Under the pieces are notes generated by a model that saw only the letters and a program-made list of their open reading frames with translations, did no database searches and was not told where the DNA came from. From Candidatus Obscuribacteraceae bacterium (GTDB taxonomy: Bacteria; Cyanobacteriota; Vampirovibrionia; Obscuribacterales; Obscuribacteraceae): 64,000 nucleotides of DNA. The stretch is taken from positions 320,001 through 384,000 of the forward strand of contig JBGAHS010000007.1 in assembly GCA_044226015.1 (NCBI GenBank), written 5' to 3'. Each line of letters begins with the position of its first letter. The stretch's first letter is position 1. Position numbers and translations under genes: made by a program. This document shows positions 46,462-55,018 of the stretch, in pieces.

Positions 46462-48672
46462 ATGGTTGATGACAGATTCGGAGAAGTCTCCAAACGATTA
46501 CTCAGTCCAGACCCTGCGCCTGATAGCCTGGTGGCCCGTGCTGGTCTTCTGACCGTAAAGGGCTTGCAGGAAGTTCCTCGAGGTATGTTGCACGCTGTCC
46601 AAGCTGACCTGGAACATCCTGTCCAGACTGCTGGAATGGTGCTTGGAGCCGCAGCCATTGGCGCTGCTGTTAAAACCTTTCTGCCCAAAATGGGAAACTA
46701 TGGCAAGTTCGCTGGACTGGCTGTTGGCACTCTCCTTACATATCGCGCTGCAGAGCCTGTTTTTGACTCATACAAAATTGCATTAAATGCAAAATCTATG
46801 AATGATATAGATGCAGGGGCGAAAGTCTTCGGCGACTTCACTGGCTCATTTCTCGTTAACAACGCAATCTCGTATGGCGCGTACAGACTCGGTGGCTATG
46901 GGGCTCAGCGCATGTGGGGAGCCGGCTCACCTGGTTTGAGACCACTTGAAGTAGCTGATCCGAATGTTCCCCCCATTAAACCGAGATGGCAAACAGTTGT
47001 GGCTGGTAGCCTACCAACTGCATTTAGCATAAGCTCAGCCAGCTCAACATCTATGAGCTTTGAACAGCGCCTTGCTGGTGTTGAGAAATTTGTGCCATCG
47101 GAAAGAAATCGTCCTGATGCAGATCTTGCTGGTCCTATTGATGGAAACAGCATTATGGACATTACTGTGCAGCTGAAATCGAAAGCAAGCGACGAGGAAA
47201 TGGAAAGAGTTCTCCGAGACATTTCTCTTGGAAAACGTCCGAACATGACTGACAAAGAGTTCGCTGAAAAGTTCGGTGCGTCACAAGAATCGCTCGATCA
47301 GGTGCGCCGATTTGCGGAAGCTTATCATTTGAAAGTTACTGAGTCTGATCTTCGTTCCGGAAAAGTTGTTTTGTCGGGGAAAGCGTCGGATGTAGCTGAT
47401 GCGTTCAAGACGGACATAAATGACTACAAGGGTGATGATGGCTCTCGTTTTCATGACAGAGCGGGTGCACTTTTTGTACCCAAGACTGTAAGCAAGAATA
47501 TAGAAGGAGTTTTTGGAATCGACCAGCGCCCTCAGGCACGTCCATTAGGGGGGGACTCCGACCCAAAAGCACCAGGTGAAAGTGCCGTAAGTGACGACCA
47601 AAAGTCGTTCAGACCTGATGAGATTGCAAACTTCTACAACTTTCCGAAAGGTCTAACAGGGAAGGGTCAAGGTATTGCGATCATCCAGCTGGGTGGCGGC
47701 GTTCGCATGGAAAATGAGGAAGCTTATTACAAGGAAAATGGACTCAAAGTACCCGACATAACTGTCCTTGAGTTGAACGGAGCCAAGAATAAGCCTGGTG
47801 CAGATCAGCGCGCAGACAAAGAAGTCTCACTTGATTCACAGGTCGTGGGTAGTGTCGCCCCAGATGCCAAACAGACTCTCATTTTCACAAAAAACAGCGA
47901 GCAAGGTTTCATTGACGCAATCGCTCGTGCATCTTTTCCAATTGATAAGGACAATATCAATCAGGTCGTTAGCATTAGCTGGGGCCAGCCTATTGACGAT
48001 TGGTCAGCTCAAGGCAAGCGTGGTATGAATCTTGCGCTCAAAAAGGCAGCTCTCCGTGGTGTATCAGTCTTTGCTGCCTCCGGTGATGATGGAGCTGTAG
48101 ATAGACCGGGAAAAGGTCCTCTGACTGTAGATTATCCAGCAGCGGATCCTTTCGTTACGGGGGTTGGTGGCACACGTCTGACAATTAAAGATGGAAAGGT
48201 TGAATCAGAAGTTGTTTGGAACGACAAGAATGGTGCAGGTGGTGGTGGAATCAGCACTGATGATGTTCCTGAGTATCAGAAGAATCTAAAATTCCCTACA
48301 CTAGCGCCTGACGCTAAGCCCGGTCGTGGTGTGCCTGATATTTCTGCTAACTCTAGTGCGTCGGTTGGCTACAAAATCAGAGTTAGAGGTCAGAATGACA
48401 TCGCAGGTGGTACCAGTGCCGCAGCACCTCTTTATGCAGCTCTTGTGGCTCGAATAAACGAAGGGCTTGCTCCTTCTGAGAGAACCGTAGGGTTTATGAA
48501 TCCCTTTCTTTACGAACAAGGGCTTTCTGGCAAAGCTTTATTTTTCAGAGATATCACGACAGGTCACAACAACGGTTATCAAGCTACTGTGGGCTGGGAT
48601 GCAGCTTCTGGCTGGGGCTCTGTGGACGGTGAAAAATTGCTGCAAGCATATAAGGACAGAAACAAGAGCTAG
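46462..48672 (+). CDS. S53 family peptidase (kumamolisin/sedolisin-like) with N-terminal hydrophobic extension
   Basis: Pro-domain, EVSLD (ExxxD), SISWG, ASGDDG, GRGVPD, GGTSAAAP, GWD..SGWG. AAGGA RBS. Confidence 0.92.
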   Translation: MVDDRFGEVSKRLLSPDPAPDSLVARAGLLTVKGLQEVPRGMLHAVQADLEHPVQTAGMVLGAAAIGAAVKTFLPKMGNYGKFAGLAVGTLLTYRAAEPVFDSYKIALNAKSMNDIDAGAKVFGDFTGSFLVNNAISYGAYRLGGYGAQRMWGAGSPGLRPLEVADPNVPPIKPRWQTVVAGSLPTAFSISSASSTSMSFEQRLAGVEKFVPSERNRPDADLAGPIDGNSIMDITVQLKSKASDEEMERVLRDISLGKRPNMTDKEFAEKFGASQESLDQVRRFAEAYHLKVTESDLRSGKVVLSGKASDVADAFKTDINDYKGDDGSRFHDRAGALFVPKTVSKNIEGVFGIDQRPQARPLGGDSDPKAPGESAVSDDQKSFRPDEIANFYNFPKGLTGKGQGIAIIQLGGGVRMENEEAYYKENGLKVPDITVLELNGAKNKPGADQRADKEVSLDSQVVGSVAPDAKQTLIFTKNSEQGFIDAIARASFPIDKDNINQVVSISWGQPIDDWSAQGKRGMNLALKKAALRGVSVFAASGDDGAVDRPGKGPLTVDYPAADPFVTGVGGTRLTIKDGKVESEVVWNDKNGAGGGGISTDDVPEYQKNLKFPTLAPDAKPGRGVPDISANSSASVGYKIRVRGQNDIAGGTSAAAPLYAALVARINEGLAPSERTVGFMNPFLYEQGLSGKALFFRDITTGHNNGYQATVGWDAASGWGSVDGEKLLQAYKDRNKS

Positions 48673-48719
48673 TCTCGCTTGAGCTCGTTGATTTACGGCT
48701 GCCAATTGATCTGTTAGTA

Positions 48720-50327
48720 TTGGTCCGTTTATCGTCTACTCACGACATAAGTAGATTGTTTTTTACCAGGCGGCACTACTTATCATTATTGCTAGCACTT
48801 CTTTTCACAGAAGCGGCTGCTTTTTGCGCTGATGAGACGAATTCATCCTGCATACAAGCTCAAATACCGCCAAGTCTTGGACAAGAAGCTAAGAGGCTGG
48901 CAGAGGCTATTTCTGTCAAGAAAAATAGCAGCAGTGAATTTTCTCATGCTGAAATTCCAAAAGAATCTTCGATTTCTGAAATTCTAGCCTCGGTCCAATC
49001 GGAACCTCCGACGGAATCTGATCGGTCAAAAGCGAGCACTGGTTCGCGAGATGTTATTTCTGATATGGAAGATGGACAGTCCGTTATCAATGTAGATAAA
49101 GAAATAGAAAAAGAGCTTCTGGAGTTCGCTCGATTCAACATAGCTTACTTCAAAACAACTTCCGGAGTATTGAGCAAGCGTGTCTATGGTTATGCCTTTG
49201 CAAGAGAGGCGGGAACTGCTGTTGCCTTTGCTGGCACACTGACAGAATTGTCGGAGCGAGCACGCGTTTTAAATGACGTTGGGAAGTTTTCTAAGTCTGC
49301 TCGCAGGCATGCTCTTATATGCTCATCGATTGGAAATGCTATAAGTGCGGAATCATCAACTCTTGAGTTGGGCCAGAATCTCTGGGCTGTATTTTACGCA
49401 CGTCGTAAGAACTGTTCCTCTACTCAGGCTGTGTCAAATGTGGCTCAGAGAGTGGAAAGAATTGATAAGCTCTTAGATAAGAGAGAACAAATTCTAGCCA
49501 GGCAAACCGATCCCTCGGTCAGAGAATTGGGCGTGATAGAGGGAAAATTGCTGCAGAGGGTCAAGCAGCAGCTGCTGTATGAGTTCAGGAAGTGGAACGT
49601 TTCCTCTCGCGAGCAGGCTGCGAAGGAGAACTTCTTTTACACTCTTGATGCAATGCAGAATTACTTAGGTATGGGATCTAATCTGCTTTCTTTGCGTTCA
49701 TTCCATTCACCAGGTAAGTCTGCTGCAGCTGCGATAACACTCTTGATTGCGAACTCTGCTGCGACTCTGAATCCGCTTTTGAGTAATCTGACTGCATATA
49801 TGGTCCGAGTTCATGAGCGCCATTTGTTGTTCAAGAAATTCAATGTAGAACGACCACTTGCTGAGCGGACCTTGAGCGTTGCGGAGCTGGAGAAGGTGGA
49901 GAAGAATGAGCACAATTCTAAAATGTTGGAAGAGGCTCTGTTCATTTGCAAGAGTTCTGAGAAAATGGATCAGAACATTGATTTTGAAGTGTCTGAAATT
50001 GCTCGGCTGCGACAAATTGCTCAGCAGCAGGCGATAGCCGGACCCCTCATCGGTTTGACTTCCGTTGCACGCGCGATTCTAACGACTGTTTCCTATTATG
50101 GATATGGACGCGATCGAGTCACATCAAACAAGCTACTCTTTGCAGGTAGAATCTCTCAAGCTACTGGTCAAGCGTATGCCTTGTGGGATACTCCTTACAC
50201 TCTTTATAAAGGGTATAGAAGAAGGAAAATTCTTGCTGCCGAGGGTAGGTTGCCTTCTCAGGTGCTTGAGCGTCGCCTCAAGCGCTTGGACGATATAGAA
50301 GAACGATTGAAGACGCCAAGTCAATGA
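48720..50327 (+). CDS. Hypothetical helical (probably exported/membrane) protein
   Basis: 535-aa ORF with repeating hydrophobic-hairpin/coiled segments; start uncertain. Confidence 0.6.
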   Translation: MVRLSSTHDISRLFFTRRHYLSLLLALLFTEAAAFCADETNSSCIQAQIPPSLGQEAKRLAEAISVKKNSSSEFSHAEIPKESSISEILASVQSEPPTESDRSKASTGSRDVISDMEDGQSVINVDKEIEKELLEFARFNIAYFKTTSGVLSKRVYGYAFAREAGTAVAFAGTLTELSERARVLNDVGKFSKSARRHALICSSIGNAISAESSTLELGQNLWAVFYARRKNCSSTQAVSNVAQRVERIDKLLDKREQILARQTDPSVRELGVIEGKLLQRVKQQLLYEFRKWNVSSREQAAKENFFYTLDAMQNYLGMGSNLLSLRSFHSPGKSAAAAITLLIANSAATLNPLLSNLTAYMVRVHERHLLFKKFNVERPLAERTLSVAELEKVEKNEHNSKMLEEALFICKSSEKMDQNIDFEVSEIARLRQIAQQQAIAGPLIGLTSVARAILTTVSYYGYGRDRVTSNKLLFAGRISQATGQAYALWDTPYTLYKGYRRRKILAAEGRLPSQVLERRLKRLDDIEERLKTPSQ

Positions 50328-50380
50328 TTGCTTGAGCGTAAGCTCCTTCATGTTGGTTGACACTGAATGATAAGGCTGAG

Positions 50381-51889
50381 TTATTTGATTTCGTAAACCT
50401 CAAGTAAATTGATTTTATAGGTACCAGATACGGTACCAGGGTCGAATCTGAGTTGTCCGCAAGCTTGAGGTGGTAGCTCTAAAAACAGAATATTGTGTCC
50501 CTTTCGCCCTTTCTTTCGGGCGCTGTGTCGTCTTTCGAAATTGGCATTATAAGCTGTTTGATAAAACACCTCGATGTCATCAATTGCGGGGCTCTCCATA
50601 TCTAGCACTAAGACCTTTGCTTTTGTCGAGTCTGTTCTTATTGGAGGCAAGATGAGTTGTGGGTCATTGGTATCCACCTCGATCTTTCCGTTTTGCGGAT
50701 TGATAGTACACCCGGCTAATTTAGAAAATTTGGAGGCAGAAATTGGCTGACTCAGCTGAAGAAGCGTTTTGCCTCGCTCGGACTCATTTAAGCAGGTCCA
50801 TGCTGCTGGGGGTATTCGGGATAATGAAACAGCCAGGGTTTCGTCGATTACGATATCTGGATGTAATTTTTCAAGATTTTGTTCGAGCAATTCTCTGTCG
50901 TAACTGAAAAAGACCTCGGAACATTTCGTTGACAGAAATGGAAGCATTGCGCGCGCAAAAGAGTCACCAATCACCAATACTCGCAATCCTGAGTCGTTGT
51001 TTCGAGACTTAAAATGGAAGATCGTTTTGCGATTTTCGCTTGCTTCAAAGTCCTCGATCGTATAACTCTTATCTTTGGGAAGCATCAGAGGCAATGGCTC
51101 TTTCAATAAATTATCAGTTCCAATGATTTTGCACAAATCCGCTATTTGTGACTCATTCTTCGACCAGGTGAGGCTAAAGTCCTCAAATTTCAAATCGGTC
51201 AGTTGCGTTGTCTTTTTCCTCAAGCAACTAATTGCTTCGCGTGTTCCAATAAATGCTCCGAGCAAGTTCCAGTGAGTATCAAACTTTTGAAATAAATTTC
51301 CTATCGATTTGTTTTTCTCCAAAACATCTCTCAGATAAAGCACATCTGCGGGATCCTTCTGCGCAATCATATTTGAAATTAAGTCCGAGCGAAGGAGGTG
51401 CGTATCGCGTTGTAGCCACTTTGGTAGATGTTCTTTGTAAACAATGGACTTATCTGGCACTATGACAAAAAGATATTTCGCGCCATGAGATTCAACTTTT
51501 ATTCTTCGAGACCTGATGCAGTGACGCCAGTCATTCACATCCTCTGCGGAAATTGTCTGGTTCTGTAATTCAAGATAGTCGGAGTAGAAAAGCCATTTGT
51601 TGAGCCCCGTGATTACAGATGGAACAGGTGACACTCCAAAAAGAGAAAGTTTGAGAAAACTTCTGATCTTTGTCAGATCTTGGCGGAATGCCAATCTATC
51701 GTTAATGAATGACTGTAACGCCAGTGGAAATTCCCCTGGACTCTTCATGATATCTGGAAATTCCGCTGCGACCCGGTTTTCTAGAACCAGTGTTTTTTGA
51801 GACAGATTCAAGAGAGTCAAAATACCAAACGAGAATATGCACGTCAGAAACACGCCTATCAGTATTTTTTGCTCTAGTTTTGTTTTCAT
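50381..51889 (-). CDS. AlgJ/AlgX-like SGNH O-acetyltransferase
   Basis: N-terminal TM, ENR..A, G...WLFY, VPDK..VY.E.LP, DTHWN..GA, GDSF; coupled to the MBOAT gene. Confidence 0.85.
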   Translation of the reverse strand: MKTKLEQKILIGVFLTCIFSFGILTLLNLSQKTLVLENRVAAEFPDIMKSPGEFPLALQSFINDRLAFRQDLTKIRSFLKLSLFGVSPVPSVITGLNKWLFYSDYLELQNQTISAEDVNDWRHCIRSRRIKVESHGAKYLFVIVPDKSIVYKEHLPKWLQRDTHLLRSDLISNMIAQKDPADVLYLRDVLEKNKSIGNLFQKFDTHWNLLGAFIGTREAISCLRKKTTQLTDLKFEDFSLTWSKNESQIADLCKIIGTDNLLKEPLPLMLPKDKSYTIEDFEASENRKTIFHFKSRNNDSGLRVLVIGDSFARAMLPFLSTKCSEVFFSYDRELLEQNLEKLHPDIVIDETLAVSLSRIPPAAWTCLNESERGKTLLQLSQPISASKFSKLAGCTINPQNGKIEVDTNDPQLILPPIRTDSTKAKVLVLDMESPAIDDIEVFYQTAYNANFERRHSARKKGRKGHNILFLELPPQACGQLRFDPGTVSGTYKINLLEVYEIK

Positions 51890-53343
51890 TAAAACCTGAA
51901 ATAAATGAAAGCGTTGTATGTACCTGATGCAAGTTCACCGATGCTGAGAATGAGTAGTGCAGATAGCGCCGAGACTCTAGAAAGGGAGATGATGACACCA
52001 TCTCTTGCTGGAATCTGAAACCCTGCTCTATGCATTAAAGATTCTATCGAGTTCCAAATCACCTCGGGTGGAACACATGCCAGCACCGCGACTAGCGAAA
52101 CCAGTGCAATTTCTGGGTTTAGAATAGGAGCCAATGGCGAAAAATCGCTGGGGGTGTGAAGTCCCAGCATAGTGAGAATATACTGTCCGGCGCTGTTCAA
52201 ATCCTGCGAACGAAATATCGGAGCAGCGAATGCTGCAGTAGACAGTGCGTATATGTGTTTTAAAGGACGTGGTAAGTTTTTAAGCCAACGTCCGTGGCGT
52301 CTGCGTTCCAATTGCATAAATGTTGCAAGATAAAACGCCCAGAATAGAAAAGTCCAATTTGCGCCATGCCAGAGCCCACAAAGCAAAATTACCAGGTACA
52401 TAATGTGTACTGGGCGAAAACTCTTAGCAGTTAATTGACAGAGTGGGTTGTAGAGGTAATCTCTAAACCATGCGGTTAGCGACATGTGCCATCGACGCCA
52501 TCGTTCAGAAACAGATTGGGCGTAATATGGGTAGTCGAAATTCTCAGGAAATTTGAAGCCAAACATTCGCGCTAATCCAATCGCCATATCAGAGTATGCG
52601 CTCAAGTCGTAATAAATCTGGAGACAGAAAGCGAGGGCGCCAAACCACGCCAAGCCTATGTTCAGTTGTTCGTTCGGAAGCGCATATATCGCATCTACAG
52701 GTCTGGCGATAATGTCTGCAATTAATACCTTCTTTGCTAAACCAACGATGAATCGCCGGACGCCGATGGCAAAGGATTCCAGATCTGTGCTTCTCTCTGT
52801 CAATTGAGCCGCGATTTCGTGATATCGCACGATAGGACCAGCAATAAGTTGCGGAAAAAATCCAATGTACAATGCCGTATTGAGGAAGTCCTTTTGTGCC
52901 TTGACCGTTCCGCGATAAACATCAATGCAATAAGACATTAGGTGAAATGAGATGAAGGAGATTCCCAGCGGCAAGCCAACCCGAAGAAGGTCAAGTTGAT
53001 TTTGACCAATTGCAGCACGAATTACATTTAAGTTGCTAATGAGAAAATCAAAGTACTTAAAATAAATCAGCGAGCCCAGGCAAGTCGTAATCGAGATTGC
53101 TAGCCAACAGAGAGCGACGCGTTTTGATTTCTCTTTGCTGTTTTCAATCAAGCGTGCAAAGAAATAATTGGCGCAAATCAGCGCCAAAATCAACCAGCCA
53201 AAGCGCGTTTCTCCCCAGACATAAAATACTGCGCTAGCCAGTACTAGTAAATAGTTTTTGAGCCGAATATTTGGCAAAGCAAAATAAGCCACAAGAATTG
53301 TTGGCAAGAAAAAGAAAAGAAAAATGCTTGATGTGAAAAGCAC
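51889..53343 (-). CDS. MBOAT family O-acyltransferase, AlgI-like
   Basis: MLF.S..FLF.FLP, LPLGISF, FFPQLIAGPIVRY, ENF..PY, WRRWHMSL, GLWHGA. Confidence 0.93.
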   Translation of the reverse strand: MLFTSSIFLFFFLPTILVAYFALPNIRLKNYLLVLASAVFYVWGETRFGWLILALICANYFFARLIENSKEKSKRVALCWLAISITTCLGSLIYFKYFDFLISNLNVIRAAIGQNQLDLLRVGLPLGISFISFHLMSYCIDVYRGTVKAQKDFLNTALYIGFFPQLIAGPIVRYHEIAAQLTERSTDLESFAIGVRRFIVGLAKKVLIADIIARPVDAIYALPNEQLNIGLAWFGALAFCLQIYYDLSAYSDMAIGLARMFGFKFPENFDYPYYAQSVSERWRRWHMSLTAWFRDYLYNPLCQLTAKSFRPVHIMYLVILLCGLWHGANWTFLFWAFYLATFMQLERRRHGRWLKNLPRPLKHIYALSTAAFAAPIFRSQDLNSAGQYILTMLGLHTPSDFSPLAPILNPEIALVSLVAVLACVPPEVIWNSIESLMHRAGFQIPARDGVIISLSRVSALSALLILSIGELASGTYNAFIYFRF

Positions 53344-53637
53344 GGTTTGTCTGGTCTCTATTTTCTTTTGAACTGAACTCTATGAGTGACCGACATCGGA
53401 CCATCGACGGCACATGTCAGGAAGAGAATTGTAGCTGAATAGCAATTGCTTCGCTTTAGTGGCGCTTTAGATCACTAAGATGCGGAATTCGGGAAATATT
53501 TAATAGTCTTGGAATCCTTGTTAGTCGAGGTTTTTGGTAGGAATATGGTTGTGGAGTTCTTAAACTAGTAAAGGAGAAGCGCGTGTTTTTGAGGTGTTGA
53601 CAACCCCCCCCCCCGTTTCAGCAGAAAAAAATCTGGG

Positions 53638-54984
53638 ATGAAGACTTTATTGTTCGTGATTGTTTTTGCTTTTCTGCTGCTGTTGGTTCTGCCACTATCC
53701 AACTTCTTCATTCAACGTGAATATGTGGCTCCCCGTGATGATGCCGAGTTCAAACTGGTATCAGATACGATGGTAAAAAAATGCGCTGATTGTCATTCCT
53801 CAGACATGGCACCGCGGCCTGTCTATTTCAATTTTCCTATTGCTCATCCCATCATTGAGTCTGATTTGAAGAAGGCGAAATCGAATTTTGTATTAAGCAG
53901 AGAAAAGCTCTCGGGGGCTACCAAGTTTACGTCGAATGAACTCTTTGCCTTGAGTCAGGCGATGGCGAAAAACAATATGCCACCTGCGCGTTATATTGCT
54001 CTTTATTGGGATGCTGCGCTAAGTGAAAATGAGCAGCGCGCTTTCGTAAGTTATATCAAAAAGCAGTCGGCTAATTTTGATTTGCGGCCAATTCCGCAAG
54101 AAAATTTTTTTCAACCAGACAAGGCTAAAGCGGCTCTGGGCGAGCGATTGTTCTCTGATAAGAGGCTTTCCGGCAGCGGCAAAATGTCTTGTGCGAGTTG
54201 TCATTCTCTTGAAACTGCTGGTTGTGATCAGAGGGCGCTGAGTGTTTCTGATTCTCTGCAGGCAACAAGCAGCAATACTCCCACTGTGGTTAATGCTGCG
54301 TATAATTTTGCACAGAATTGGAACGCTGGCGCCAAGAATTTGAGAGAGCACGTTCAGGAGCACGTCGAGAATGAGCGAATTTTGAATGCTCGTTGGGCAA
54401 CTGTTTTGACTCGATTGAGTCAAGATGGACAGTTCTTGAAAAACTTCAGTGGCGTCTATGATGATGGCTTGACTGTGTCAAATCTTGCAGACGCCATCGC
54501 TGCTTTTGAGCAAAGCTTGCTGAGTCCAGGCAGTAAATTCGATCTTTATTTGAAGGGCGATGTTTCCGCTTTAACCGCTGATGAAAAGTTGGGGTTAGAA
54601 CTTTTCAAAAAACACAACTGTGTTAGCTGTCATCTTGGACCATCGCTGGGTGGGCAGTCTGTAGAGCGCTTGGGAATTGAAAATGACTACTTCACTGGAC
54701 ACGCTGTTGATGATCCTGCTAATTGGGGGCGATTTAGTATTAGTAAGAATGCAAAAGACAAGTTCAAGTTCAAGGTTCCGAATTTGAGAAACGTTGAACT
54801 CACTGGTCCTTATTTCCATGATGGGTCAGTCAAGACTCTAAAAGATGCTGTGCATCTGATGTCAGAGTTTCAAATTGACAAAAAACTGACGAACAGAGAA
54901 GAAGAGCTTGTCTGCAAATTTTTGAGAACATTGACGGGGGAATTTCGTGGCAAACGGTTTGAGAATTCGCATCAATCAAACTGA
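53638..54984 (+). CDS. Tri-heme cytochrome c peroxidase (YhjA/MauG family)
   Basis: Three CxxCH motifs (CADCH, CASCH, CVSCH), LG..LF.D.RLS, FKVP.LRNV..TGPYFHDG. Confidence 0.9.
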   Translation: MKTLLFVIVFAFLLLLVLPLSNFFIQREYVAPRDDAEFKLVSDTMVKKCADCHSSDMAPRPVYFNFPIAHPIIESDLKKAKSNFVLSREKLSGATKFTSNELFALSQAMAKNNMPPARYIALYWDAALSENEQRAFVSYIKKQSANFDLRPIPQENFFQPDKAKAALGERLFSDKRLSGSGKMSCASCHSLETAGCDQRALSVSDSLQATSSNTPTVVNAAYNFAQNWNAGAKNLREHVQEHVENERILNARWATVLTRLSQDGQFLKNFSGVYDDGLTVSNLADAIAAFEQSLLSPGSKFDLYLKGDVSALTADEKLGLELFKKHNCVSCHLGPSLGGQSVERLGIENDYFTGHAVDDPANWGRFSISKNAKDKFKFKVPNLRNVELTGPYFHDGSVKTLKDAVHLMSEFQIDKKLTNREEELVCKFLRTLTGEFRGKRFENSHQSN

Positions 54985-55018
54985 TGCAGTATGATTGAAA
55001 CACAGGTGTGTTTCTTGG

